DNA of 64,000 bases from Candidatus Omnitrophota bacterium (GCA_043826565.1 JBDRPX010000019.1:5369-69368); one strand, 5' to 3'; shown: positions 18,320-28,165, counted from the stretch's first letter. Notes: generated by a model from the sequence alone, not told the origin. Program-made: numbers and translations.

Positions 18320-18916
18320 ATGGCAGACTTGAGTGATGCTCAACTCGATGCACTGAAAGAAATGGGGAATATTGGTTCCGGTAACGCGGCTACCGCACTT
18401 TCCCAATTAATATCTTCACAAATAGATATTAGTGTCCCTTCTGTAAACTTTTTGCCTTTAGAAAATGTGGCAGATGTTCTGGGAGGCCCGGAAAAAATTG
18501 TTTATGTTATTTATCTTGAAGTTATGAGCCGAATGAACGGAACAATGGTTACAATTATTACTCCGGAGAGTGCGGAATTTTTGGTCAGTAAACTTATTAC
18601 AAATGAGAAGCTGGATAAGGATTCCGAGTTATATCAATCGGCATTAAAAGAAGTAGGATCGATTCTCTGTGGTTCTTATTTAAGTGCTTTAAGTCAGGTT
18701 GTCGGTGAAACTTTTATTGCTTCAGTTCCGGCAATGGCCTGCGATATGATGGGCGCGCTTCTCGACTTTGTTCTCACTGAGATCGGCCAGGTTGCCGAGG
18801 AAGCTCTCTTGATAGAGACAGAGTTATTTGTTTCGGATACTAAGGTGGAATGCTCGCAATTGTTTCTTCCTAAGCCCGGCTCTCTGGAAACATTGCTCGC
18901 TGCAGTTGGCATGTAA
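18320..18916 (+). CDS. second CheC/CheX-family phosphatase
   Basis: 'LKEMGNIGSGNAATALSQLI' CheC-type motif. 198 aa. Confidence 0.7.
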   Translation: MADLSDAQLDALKEMGNIGSGNAATALSQLISSQIDISVPSVNFLPLENVADVLGGPEKIVYVIYLEVMSRMNGTMVTIITPESAEFLVSKLITNEKLDKDSELYQSALKEVGSILCGSYLSALSQVVGETFIASVPAMACDMMGALLDFVLTEIGQVAEEALLIETELFVSDTKVECSQLFLPKPGSLETLLAAVGM

Positions 18917-18924
18917 TTTGTTAA

Positions 18925-19100
18925 AAAGTTAAAATGCAAAAATCAAAACTCAAAAATACAAGTCAAAAATCAGAATTGATAAAAAATTATTATAAAGAAA
19001 TGATTTTTAAATATTTTATAACACATAATAATAGATTAATTAATGAGTTTTAAATTTTGAATTGCAATTTTGACTTTTGAATTTTAAGTTTTGACATAAG
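18925..19100. repeat. inverted pair of A-rich 'TCAAAA/TTTTGA' heptamer arrays flanking an AT-rich core
   Basis: Left arm 'gcaaaaatcaaaactcaaaaatacaagtcaaaaatcag', right arm 'caattttgacttttgaattttaagttttgac'. Confidence 0.5.
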
Positions 19101-19153
19101 GTTGAATTTATTAAAAATATTGTTTAACATTAGATAGTTTCGGGAGATAGTTA

Positions 19154-21301
19154 ATGTTTGATAAAAAAGATCTCATATTTTCGTTAGATATCGGAACCCG
19201 CAAAGTAGTCGGTATTGTTGCGCAAAAAAATGAAAGCTCTATTCAGGTAATTGATGTGGAAGTCGTAGAGCATTCTTCCCGGACAATGCTTGACGGACAA
19301 ATACATAATATTAATGAAGTTGCCAAGATCGTCGATATTATTAAGGGAAGATTGGAAAAGAGACTGGATATCTCTTTGCACAAGGTCGGAGTTGCTGTTG
19401 CCGGCCGCGCCTTACGTACAGTGCATGCGAAAATTGCCAAAGATCTTTCCTTGGATGAAGAAATAACCGAAGACGCGGTGCGCAATCTTGAATTAGAGGC
19501 AGTAAGCAGTGTCCTTCATGAAGCGAATCATGATTTTGGCCAGGGGGATTATTATTGTGTGGGATATAGTGTGGTGTATTATGAGCTTGATTCGGCGGTT
19601 ATGGGAAATCTGGTCGGGCATTTTGGCCGGAATATGGCGGTTGAAGTTATTGCTACTTTTCTGCCCCGGGTTGTTTTAGACAGTATGTTAAGCGTATTGC
19701 GTAAGACCGGACTGGAAGTGATTAATCTTACCTTAGAGCCGATCGCGGCAATTAATATTATGATTCCGCAGGATATGCGGCGCTTGAACCTGGTGCTTGT
19801 TGATATCGGCGCCGGGACTTCTGATATAGCCTTGACCCGGGGGGGCAGTGTTGTTGCTTATGGTATGGTCCCGGAAGCCGGAGATGAAATCACCGAGCTG
19901 ATTTGTGAGAAATTCATTCTGGATTTTACTTCCGCGGAAAAAATAAAAAGATTAGTTTCCAGCCAGGCCAAAGTGGAATTCCAGGATATTTTGGGGAAAT
20001 CCTATAGGCTTGATTCTCAGGATATTATCGAGGTTATCCATGATCGTGTGCAGGCATTGGCGCGTTCTATATCAGATTGTATCCTGGAACTTAACCAGAA
20101 TGTGCCGCATGCGGTTATTTTAGTCGGAGGGGGCAGCCTTACTCCTCTATTAAATAAAGCTATTGCCTGTGCTTTGCCATTGGATGAGAATAAAGTCGGG
20201 ATTCGTATGCCGGAAATGATCCAAGGAGTGCAGGATAAAACCGGAAAGTTAAAAGGTCCGGATATGGTTACTCCGATAGGGATAAGTGTTATGACCGCCC
20301 AGTCTCGCGGTTTAAAATTTATTGATTTGTATGTAAATGAAAAGCGGATCCACGTTTTGGACATGCAGCAAAATATGGATATTATAAGTGCGCTGGTTGC
20401 TGCCGGGGTAGACAAATATAAATTATATGGAAAAATAGGAAAAGCTATTTGTGTTGAACTTAATGGCCAATTAAAGATAATTAAAGGCAAGACGGGAAGA
20501 CCCGCCCGGTTTAAGCTTAATGATAAACCGGCAGAACTAACCGATAGTGTAAAAAATCAAGACCGGATTACTTTTGAAGGAGCCCAAGACGGTGAAGATG
20601 CGATGGCGAAAGTTAAAGATATTATTGATGTTACAACTATTAGGGTTATGGTCAATGAAGAGCCTGTGGAAATCAAGCCCAGAATATTTATTAATGATGT
20701 TTTAGTAACCGAAGAAGAGGATTTAGTTGACCGGGCTTGTATTGAATTTGATCCGGAATTTGAAGTAAGAGAAGTTTTGGAAAAAGCCGGGATTAATACC
20801 CTGTCTTTAGAGGATAGAGAGATTGTTGTCCGGGTTAATAAAGAGCCGCGGATTTTAACCCAAAGCAACTATAATTTAATGATCGAGGGTAAGCGCGCTA
20901 CTTTAAACTCAAAAGTTATCGATGGAAGTGTTATTGAATTTGATAAAGAGCATGCTCAGTTCTACCGGGTAAAGGATGTCGTGGAAGTCCCGGAGAATGG
21001 CCGGAATATAAGGGTTGTATTTAATGACAAGCAATGTATGTTAGATGGAAATCACGGGAAGATTTTTATGAACGGACAGAAGGTCGATGCCGATGAATTT
21101 CTTATTGACCGGGCGGAGATTATTACCAAGCCTGGAGGAAATATGCTGCCGACTGTATCTCATTTGTTAAAATATTTCCCGGTTGATTCTGATGAATATA
21201 AGGGGAAAATCCTAAAGATTGCTGTCAACGGAGAGCCGGGAGGTTTTACAACACAGCTTTCCGAAGGAGCAGAAGTAACGATTTGTTTTGTCCACAGATA
21301 A
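19154..21301 (+). CDS. FtsA-like actin-fold (ASKHA) ATPase with a ~330-aa C-terminal extension of tandem ~60-aa repeats
   Basis: 'LDIGTRKVVGIVA', 'LVLVDIGAGTSDIALTRGGSVVAYGMVPEAGDEIT' and 'ILVGGGSLTP' align to the FtsA phosphate-1, phosphate-2 and adenosine motifs. The C-terminal half contains repeated 'V.VN.EP' units (IRVMVNEEPV / VVRVNKEPR / IRVVFNDKQ / IAVNGEPGG). Confidence 0.65.
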   Translation: MFDKKDLIFSLDIGTRKVVGIVAQKNESSIQVIDVEVVEHSSRTMLDGQIHNINEVAKIVDIIKGRLEKRLDISLHKVGVAVAGRALRTVHAKIAKDLSLDEEITEDAVRNLELEAVSSVLHEANHDFGQGDYYCVGYSVVYYELDSAVMGNLVGHFGRNMAVEVIATFLPRVVLDSMLSVLRKTGLEVINLTLEPIAAINIMIPQDMRRLNLVLVDIGAGTSDIALTRGGSVVAYGMVPEAGDEITELICEKFILDFTSAEKIKRLVSSQAKVEFQDILGKSYRLDSQDIIEVIHDRVQALARSISDCILELNQNVPHAVILVGGGSLTPLLNKAIACALPLDENKVGIRMPEMIQGVQDKTGKLKGPDMVTPIGISVMTAQSRGLKFIDLYVNEKRIHVLDMQQNMDIISALVAAGVDKYKLYGKIGKAICVELNGQLKIIKGKTGRPARFKLNDKPAELTDSVKNQDRITFEGAQDGEDAMAKVKDIIDVTTIRVMVNEEPVEIKPRIFINDVLVTEEEDLVDRACIEFDPEFEVREVLEKAGINTLSLEDREIVVRVNKEPRILTQSNYNLMIEGKRATLNSKVIDGSVIEFDKEHAQFYRVKDVVEVPENGRNIRVVFNDKQCMLDGNHGKIFMNGQKVDADEFLIDRAEIITKPGGNMLPTVSHLLKYFPVDSDEYKGKILKIAVNGEPGGFTTQLSEGAEVTICFVHR

Positions 21302-21334
21302 TCCGCCAAGTGGCCGCTGAAAGCGGACAATGGC

Positions 21335-21395
21335 GAGACCTCCCGCCTAGCCATCTTTAGAATGAGCTTCTTGGGCGGCGAGGCTGGCGCCGAGG
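21335..21395. repeat. GC-rich hairpin motif 'CCCGCCTAGC...TGAGCT...GGCGAGGCTGGC' (second copy at 28085-28125)
   Basis: Shared 10-12-nt arms in two intergenic regions with a variable loop. Embedded in a ~120-nt GC-rich island (21300-21420). Confidence 0.35.
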
Positions 21396-21546
21396 GCAAC
21401 TTCGGAGAAGTATCCCGGCGGGAAAATAATTAGAGGGGATCTAACCTGATAGATAGTGGTCTGATCCCTTGATTTTTAGTAAAAAGGTTGACGCCTGGAT
21501 TTAAATACGATATTATATCTGCAATCATTACACAGGATATGTTATT

Positions 21547-23559
21547 ATGAAAAAATTAGTTATTGTTGAATCTCCCACAAAGGCCAGAACCATTGGAAGA
21601 ATTTTGGGCAAGGATTATGTTGTTTATTCCTCCATGGGGCATGTTATTGATCTTCCGCGCCGAAAAATCGGGGTAGATATAGAACAGGATTTTAAGCCGA
21701 CCTATTCCATAATTACCGGGAAAAAGAAAATTCTCACCCAACTTAAGAAAGAGGCAAAAAACACAGATGTTGTTTATCTGGCCACAGACCCTGATCGCGA
21801 GGGAGAGGCGATAAGCTGGCATCTTAAGGATCAATTGCGTGATAAAGCTAATAATCGCAGCTTCTTGCGTGTTGTTTTTCATGAGATTACTCCGCAGGCG
21901 ATTGAAGAGGCGTTTAACCATCCTCATGAGGTAGATCAGAGTAAAGTATATGCGCAGCAGGCCCGGAGGATCTTAGACCGGATCGTCGGTTACTTTTTAA
22001 GCCCGCTGCTTTGGAAAAAGGTGGCAAAGGGGTTAAGTGCCGGTAGAGTGCAATCTGTAGCTTTAAAGATAATTGTTCAAAGAGAAAGACAAATAGAGGA
22101 GTTTAATCCGGAGGAATACTGGAAGGTTGAGGCTGAGCTAAAAAGAAGAGAAGGTAATAAAGAGATTTTTACTGCCGAACTGATAAAGTGCGGCCAGGAA
22201 AAAATAAAGGTTCAAAAGCAGGAAGAAGCGGATAAAATCATCGAAGAACTTAAAGTTCAAAGCTATGCTGTTTCCGCAGTCAATAAAAGAGAGAAAAAAA
22301 GAAACCCCTATCCGCCGTTTATTACCAGTACGCTTCAGCAGGACGCGTTTAATAAGCTTAAATTTACTGCCCGCAAGACCATGATGATCGCTCAACAGCT
22401 TTATGAAGGGATAGAACTCGGGGAAGAAGGCCCGATAGGGCTGATTACTTATATGAGAACTGATTCGGTTAAGATTGCTGATTCAGCTTTGGCAAAGGTC
22501 AGAAAGTTTATCCAGGATGAATACGGTAAACAATATTTACCAGCTAAACCTAATGTGTATCGCTCTAAAGGATCGGCGCAGGAAGCTCATGAAGCGATCC
22601 GGCCGACTGCGGTAGAACGTATTCCGGCGCAGGTAATGGGGTATCTAAGCGATGACCAATATAAGCTATATGAATTGATCTGGAAAAGAACAGTGGCCAG
22701 CCAGATGCTGCCGGCGCGTTATTTAGCCATTACTATTGAGATTGCCGCGGGCCGGTTTTTATTTTCTACCAGCGGGGCTGTGCCATTATTCGATGGTTTT
22801 TTAAAGATATATAATCGGGAAGATATTAAAGAGAAAGAAAATTCTTTGCCGGAGTTTAATCAGGGCGAGGGGCTTGATCTTCTGAACCTTTTACCTTCTC
22901 AGCATTTCACGCGTCCTCCGGCCAGGTATTCGGAAGCATCTCTGGTAAAAGCACTGGAAGAAAAAGGGATTGGCCGGCCGAGTACTTATGCGCCGATTAT
23001 CCATACCCTGGTATTGCGCAACTATGTGCGTCGTGAAAAGGGATATTTAATGTGTACAGAACTGGGAATGAAAGTCAGCGATATTTTAACCGAATATTTT
23101 CCGAAAATTATTAATGTGACGTTTACGGCGACAATGGAAACCGAACTTGACAAGGTCGAAGAAGGAGAACTTGACTGGGTAACTGTTTTAAGGGATTTTT
23201 ATACGCCGTTTGAAAAAAAGCTTAGTTTTGCCCAGGATAATATCAAGAAAGAGGTTATCGAGACTGACGAGGTATGTACTTTATGCGGCCGGCCCATGGT
23301 GATCAAGTGGTCCCGCAGAGGTAAGTTTTTAAGTTGTTCCGGGTTTCCGGAATGCCGCCATGCTAAGTCTATTTCCAGCGGAGTGAAGTGTCCGAATGAA
23401 GGCTGTGACGGTGAGTTGATTCAGCGCAGTTCAAAAAGAGGAATGCGTTTTTACGGATGCAGTAAATATCCGGAATGCCGTTATGTGTCAAGATATCTGC
23501 CGAAAGAGGGCAAAGAAGGGCCGCAAGAGGATGAAGAGCAATCAGAAACCAGTGACTAA
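21547..23559 (+). CDS. topA: DNA topoisomerase I
   Basis: TOPRIM N-terminus 'LVIVESPTKARTI'. Active-site Tyr region. C-terminal C4 zinc ribbons (CTLCGRPM..C..C; CPNEGCDG..C..C). Confidence 0.9.
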   Translation: MKKLVIVESPTKARTIGRILGKDYVVYSSMGHVIDLPRRKIGVDIEQDFKPTYSIITGKKKILTQLKKEAKNTDVVYLATDPDREGEAISWHLKDQLRDKANNRSFLRVVFHEITPQAIEEAFNHPHEVDQSKVYAQQARRILDRIVGYFLSPLLWKKVAKGLSAGRVQSVALKIIVQRERQIEEFNPEEYWKVEAELKRREGNKEIFTAELIKCGQEKIKVQKQEEADKIIEELKVQSYAVSAVNKREKKRNPYPPFITSTLQQDAFNKLKFTARKTMMIAQQLYEGIELGEEGPIGLITYMRTDSVKIADSALAKVRKFIQDEYGKQYLPAKPNVYRSKGSAQEAHEAIRPTAVERIPAQVMGYLSDDQYKLYELIWKRTVASQMLPARYLAITIEIAAGRFLFSTSGAVPLFDGFLKIYNREDIKEKENSLPEFNQGEGLDLLNLLPSQHFTRPPARYSEASLVKALEEKGIGRPSTYAPIIHTLVLRNYVRREKGYLMCTELGMKVSDILTEYFPKIINVTFTATMETELDKVEEGELDWVTVLRDFYTPFEKKLSFAQDNIKKEVIETDEVCTLCGRPMVIKWSRRGKFLSCSGFPECRHAKSISSGVKCPNEGCDGELIQRSSKRGMRFYGCSKYPECRYVSRYLPKEGKEGPQEDEEQSETSD

Positions 23560-23611
23560 CTTGTCCCTCTAAGGGGGATCTGGTTTTTGGCAACTGGTAG
23601 CTGGTGTTATA

Positions 23612-24484
23612 ATGGAACGTTATATAGATAAGTTTTTGAGTTATTTAAAAGTAGAAAAAGATTCTTCTATCCATACTGTAATAAACTATAGTGTGGATTT
23701 AAAAGATTTTGCTTCCTTTATCCAGGATAAAGATATCAATGATATCGATGTCCTGGATGTCCGAAAATTTTTAGTTTCTTTACGCCAAAAGAATTTCAAG
23801 AAAGTAAGTATCGCCCGGAAGATGGCTTGTTTGCGTTCATTTTTTAAGTTCTTATGCCGGGAAGGTCATTGTAAATCCAATCCGATGGTGGGGTTAGTCG
23901 GACCTAAACTGGATAAAAAACTGCCGATTTTCTTAGGTGAAGATGATGTCAGCAAGCTTTTGGATACTCCGGTAGAAAAGGATTTGCCGGGGTTAAGGGA
24001 TAAAGCGATATTGGAAACATTATACAGTACCGGGATCCGGGTTAGTGAGCTGGTGGGGCTGAATATTGAAAATGTGGATTTTATCGGAGGAGTTATTAAA
24101 GTATTCGGCAAGGGCCGGAAAGAACGGCTTGCTCCGATCGGAGATAAGGCTTTGCGGGCGATTAAAAATTATATTGATAAGCGCAACAAGGCTGCTCCTT
24201 CATCCGGCCGGGCTTTATTTTTGAATAAAGATAAAAAACGCCTTACAGATAGAAGTATCCGGAATATAGTCGAGAAATATATAAAAGTTGCCAGTCTGAG
24301 AAATGATATTTCGCCGCATAGCTTGAGACATTCTTTTGCTACGCATCTTCTGAACCGGGGAGCAGATTTGCGTGCGGTTCAGGAGTTGCTGGGACACGCT
24401 AATTTATCCACAACTCAGATATACACGCATCTTTCCACGGAAAAATTAAAGAATGTTTATGAAAAAACACATCCGAGGGCATAG
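23612..24484 (+). CDS. tyrosine site-specific recombinase XerC/XerD
   Basis: 'LRHSFATHLLNRGADLRAVQELLGHANLSTTQIYTHL' catalytic R-H-R-Y region. Confidence 0.85.
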   Translation: MERYIDKFLSYLKVEKDSSIHTVINYSVDLKDFASFIQDKDINDIDVLDVRKFLVSLRQKNFKKVSIARKMACLRSFFKFLCREGHCKSNPMVGLVGPKLDKKLPIFLGEDDVSKLLDTPVEKDLPGLRDKAILETLYSTGIRVSELVGLNIENVDFIGGVIKVFGKGRKERLAPIGDKALRAIKNYIDKRNKAAPSSGRALFLNKDKKRLTDRSIRNIVEKYIKVASLRNDISPHSLRHSFATHLLNRGADLRAVQELLGHANLSTTQIYTHLSTEKLKNVYEKTHPRA

Positions 24485-24494
24485 CCTAAAGTTA

Positions 24495-24550
24495 AAAATC
24501 AAAAATCAAAAGTCAAAAGTCAAAATGACAAATCAAAATTCAAAAATAAT
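24495..24550. repeat. 'AAAATCAAAAGTCAAAAGTCAAAATGACAAATCAAAATTCAAAA' heptamer array
   Basis: Tandem (A/G)TCAAAA units between xerC and the likely waaA start. Confidence 0.5.
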
Positions 24551-25859
24551 AGAGAAAAACAATCCGGTAGGTATCCCTCGTGCTGGAGCCGTTATTCTGG
24601 ATATATTATATGTAATACTTTCGGTTTTTTACTTGCCTACTTTTCTGTTTAACGGTAAGCATCGTCCGGGAATCGTTGAGCGTTGCGGAATTTATCCACA
24701 TGATGTGCTAAGGTTTTTAGCTAATAGCCGTCAGGTTATTTGGCTGCATGCAGTCAGTGTGGGTGAAATAAGAGCAGCGGTTCCTTTAATTGAAGCCCTT
24801 AGAGAAAAATATCCCGAAGCTCAGTTATTAATCTCGACAATTACTCCTACGGGGAATGCTGTTGCCCGGCAAATTGCCGTAGAGGGGGAACTTGTTATAT
24901 ATTTTCCGTTTGATTTAAGTCCGATTGTGCGAAAAGCAATTTCGATTATTAGGCCTAAAATGATTTTGATTATGGAAACAGAACTATGGCCAAATTTTAT
25001 TACCGAAGCATTCCGACAAGATATTCCCATAGCGATCATTAACGGACGCATTTCGGACAATGCTTTTTTGCGTTACAAAAAGGCCGGGTGGTTTTTTCGG
25101 CCGATCTTGAAAAACATAGATTTGTTTTGCATGCAGACACCGACTGACGCAAAAAGGATAGAGGCGATCGGTGCCCGGAAAAATAATATCCGGGTTACGG
25201 GGAACCTGAAATTTGACCAAATTATCCAGCCGGGAGAGGAAAATACCCTGGATCTTGGCCTGACCAAGAACCAACGTCTTATTGTTGCCGGAAGCACTCA
25301 TGATCAGGAGGAGCAGATTATTACGCAGGTGTTCATAAAATTAAAAGCTAAATATCCGGATATCCGTCTTTTGATTGCTCCCCGGCATCCGCATCGGGCC
25401 AAGGCCGTAGAGCAGGTCATTAAAGACTGTGGACTGACGGCTTTTTGTCTTAGTCAGATCAAACAGCAGGAAACAGCACCGGGTAATCAGGAAGTGCTTA
25501 TTCTTGATACGATGGGTATGCTTAATAATATTTACGCATTAGCGGATATTGTATTTATCGGCGGAAGCCTGGTCCCTCATGGCGGGCATAATCCTATTGA
25601 ACCGGCGGTTTGCGGTAAGCCGGTTGTTTTTGGTAAGCATATGTTTAACTTTGCGGAAATTGCCGGTATTTTTCTAAGCAACCAGGCGGCTGTTAGCGTT
25701 AAAGATGAGCAGGAACTGTATGATACTTTGCATAGTTTGCTTAAAGACGCAGATAAAAGAAGGGATCTTGCCCGGCGGGCACAGAAAGTTATTTCCGATA
25801 ATCGGGGCAGTGTGAAAAGGGTGATGGATATTATTACAGAGCAGTTTAAAATTGACTAG
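24525..25859 (+). CDS. waaA: 3-deoxy-D-manno-octulosonic acid (Kdo) transferase
   Basis: N-terminal TM helix, then 'VIWLHAVSVGEIRAAVPLIEAL' matching the WaaA/KdtA N-domain. The track start at 24453 lies inside the repeat array; the ATG at 24525 is preferred. Confidence 0.8.
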   Translation: MTNQNSKIIEKNNPVGIPRAGAVILDILYVILSVFYLPTFLFNGKHRPGIVERCGIYPHDVLRFLANSRQVIWLHAVSVGEIRAAVPLIEALREKYPEAQLLISTITPTGNAVARQIAVEGELVIYFPFDLSPIVRKAISIIRPKMILIMETELWPNFITEAFRQDIPIAIINGRISDNAFLRYKKAGWFFRPILKNIDLFCMQTPTDAKRIEAIGARKNNIRVTGNLKFDQIIQPGEENTLDLGLTKNQRLIVAGSTHDQEEQIITQVFIKLKAKYPDIRLLIAPRHPHRAKAVEQVIKDCGLTAFCLSQIKQQETAPGNQEVLILDTMGMLNNIYALADIVFIGGSLVPHGGHNPIEPAVCGKPVVFGKHMFNFAEIAGIFLSNQAAVSVKDEQELYDTLHSLLKDADKRRDLARRAQKVISDNRGSVKRVMDIITEQFKID

Positions 25860-25994
25860 AAAATTTTTTTAGTATAATGTTAACCATAAAGCAATAATAG
25901 GTTGACAATGATATAAAATAGCGTATAGCGGGCAGCGTTTAGTGTGTAGGGGCGGATCTCCGTATCCGCCCGAAATAGAAATGAAAGGATAACA

Positions 25995-27821
25995 ATGTTT
26001 AATTCTAATAATGGGTTAAGGGTAACCTGGTTAATAATTTTAAGCGTAATGATTATTGTTGTTCCGGCTCAGGCAGAGACAGAGGTTTATGACCTAGACC
26101 CGGTATTTGTGCGTCCGGCTTTGCTTGATAGCGCTTATGATGATTCGTTTCTTCGGACAGAATATATTGTAAATCCGGAGCGGGAATATGAGCAGGCGCT
26201 TACAGAAGTTATCCAAAATAATTCTTTGATAGATATGCAGCGGCGCGGCTCCTTTGGTACTCAAGCTGATGTTCAGATAAGAGGAGGAAGCTTTGAGCAA
26301 ACCGATGTTCTGATTGACGGGGTAAAGGTTAATGACCCGCAAACCGGGCATTTTAATATGGATATACCTTTATTTATCTCTGATATCGATAGAGTTGTTA
26401 TTGTGTCCGGATCAGCAGCAAGTGCTTATGGTGCCGGCAGACAGGGGGGCTCTATTCATATTGTTACCAAGAGGCCCGAAGAAAAGGCAATTAAAGCACA
26501 GGCAATCTTTGGTGCCAACTCTTTTTCCAGCCAATCGGTATCCTCCAGTTATGCGTTGGGCGAAGCTAATTTCAGAAGCTCTCTTGGCAGGGCCTCTTCC
26601 GGCGGATATCGTCATAATACCGGATTTGAGAGTCTGCAGTTTTCTCAGAGCGCTTTTTGGAAAAGCGGATATGGAGATGTGGATTTTACTTTGGGAGTAC
26701 TGGATAAAGAATTCGGGGCCAATGGATTTTATTCAGAATTTTTCCCCGAGCAGTTTGAACAGACCAAGACATTATTCAGCAGTATGGGAATTAAATCCCA
26801 AGCAGGTGATTTGCAGTTTAATCCGAAAGTATATGTAAGACGTCATAAAGACCGTTTTTTACTTGATCAGACAAGACCGAATTGGTATGAAAATCGGCAT
26901 ACTAGTTATGTGACCGGAGCAAAGATAGATTGCTTAAGGGATTTATCTAAAGGAAAGTTATTTTTCGGTACAGATACCGCCCAGGAGAGTATTAAAAGTA
27001 CTAATCTGGGGAAGCAAAAACGATTGAAAAATACAGTTTATTCAGAATATAGTCTTTCGCAAGACCGGGTTATTTTTGCTATTGGTTTAACCGGATGTTT
27101 TTATGAGGATTACAAAGATTATGTCTCCCCGGATATTAGTGCGGGATATTGGTTGAACGATGATTTTAAAGCAAGAGCATCATTTAATCGTTCATTCAGA
27201 GTCCCAACGTTTACTGAACTTTATTACGTGAGTCCGGCAAATATGGGTAATGCTAATCTTGTTCCAGAGCGTTCAAGTAACTATGAAGCCGGAATTGATT
27301 ATATTCGTCATGATTTTTCTTCCTCAGTAACCGCTTTTACACGAAGAGGGAAAAATTTAATTGATTGGGTCAGAGCTCCGGCAGCAACTGTTTATCAGAT
27401 CCAGAATGTAGCTGATGTTGATACTGAAGGTATTGAAGTAAAGTTAACTGTTTATCCGGAAAAAAAGAATAGTTGTTTGCCCGGGTGTCAGGAGTTATTT
27501 TTTGGGTATTCTTATTTGGATAAACAAAGAAAAGAGAACGGGCTTGTTTCTAAATACGTATTTGATTATTTAAAACATAAATTTGTATTGGGAACAGAGG
27601 TCAAGTTGCCGGCGGATATGACGGCGGGTTTAAATCTTAATTATTTGCAGAGAATATATCAGGCGGGTGATTTTGTATTAAACGCAAAGCTGTCCAAAAA
27701 ATTTGAAGAATATAATGTGTTTTTAAAAGCAGACAATATATTAAACCACGGATATTCCGAAAGAAGTAATATTCCGATGCCCGGCAGATGGCTGTTTTTA
27801 GGTGTAGAAACGCAGTGGTGA
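25995..27821 (+). CDS. TonB-dependent outer-membrane receptor (small, BtuB-like size)
   Basis: Signal peptide. Plug domain. C-terminal '...LGVETQW' aromatic terminus. 608 aa. Confidence 0.75.
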   Translation: MFNSNNGLRVTWLIILSVMIIVVPAQAETEVYDLDPVFVRPALLDSAYDDSFLRTEYIVNPEREYEQALTEVIQNNSLIDMQRRGSFGTQADVQIRGGSFEQTDVLIDGVKVNDPQTGHFNMDIPLFISDIDRVVIVSGSAASAYGAGRQGGSIHIVTKRPEEKAIKAQAIFGANSFSSQSVSSSYALGEANFRSSLGRASSGGYRHNTGFESLQFSQSAFWKSGYGDVDFTLGVLDKEFGANGFYSEFFPEQFEQTKTLFSSMGIKSQAGDLQFNPKVYVRRHKDRFLLDQTRPNWYENRHTSYVTGAKIDCLRDLSKGKLFFGTDTAQESIKSTNLGKQKRLKNTVYSEYSLSQDRVIFAIGLTGCFYEDYKDYVSPDISAGYWLNDDFKARASFNRSFRVPTFTELYYVSPANMGNANLVPERSSNYEAGIDYIRHDFSSSVTAFTRRGKNLIDWVRAPAATVYQIQNVADVDTEGIEVKLTVYPEKKNSCLPGCQELFFGYSYLDKQRKENGLVSKYVFDYLKHKFVLGTEVKLPADMTAGLNLNYLQRIYQAGDFVLNAKLSKKFEEYNVFLKADNILNHGYSERSNIPMPGRWLFLGVETQW

Positions 27822-27924
27822 AAAATAAAGCGTATAGCGTTTAGCGGATAGGGAAAATCGGTAAGGGGAAAGATTGAGTCTTTTTTGAAAAATGTGATTG
27901 CAGACATATTAACATATTAAATAT

Positions 27925-28165
27925 CAAGAAGTTACAGATAGCTCAAAAGTTAAAATTCAAAATTCAAAATTGCAATTAAAAAATCAAAAGTTTAAAGATA
28001 CAATTGTTGAATATTATTGCGTATAAAATTATTGAAAACAAGAATGCTAAGTGTAAAAATGACATTAAGATGAATAACTTTTTAATTTTGCCTTGCCCGC
28101 CTAGCTGAGCTGGCGAGGCTGGCATTTTTGACATTTGCCTTTTGAGTTTTGATTTGGCAACTGGT
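27925..28165. repeat. inverted 'TCAAAA' heptamer arrays plus an embedded GC-rich hairpin motif (28085-28125)
   Basis: 'ctcaaaagttaaaattcaaaattcaaaattgcaattaaaaaatcaaaag' ... 'ttttgacatttgccttttgagttttgatttggc'. The core 'cccgcctagctgagctggcgaggctggc' matches 21335-21395. Confidence 0.5.

Noticed and set aside
25860-25995. Cobalamin riboswitch upstream of the BtuB-sized TonB-dependent receptor
   Set aside because: The gap is only about 135 nt with no recognisable B12-box. It is too short for the ~200-nt riboswitch aptamer.
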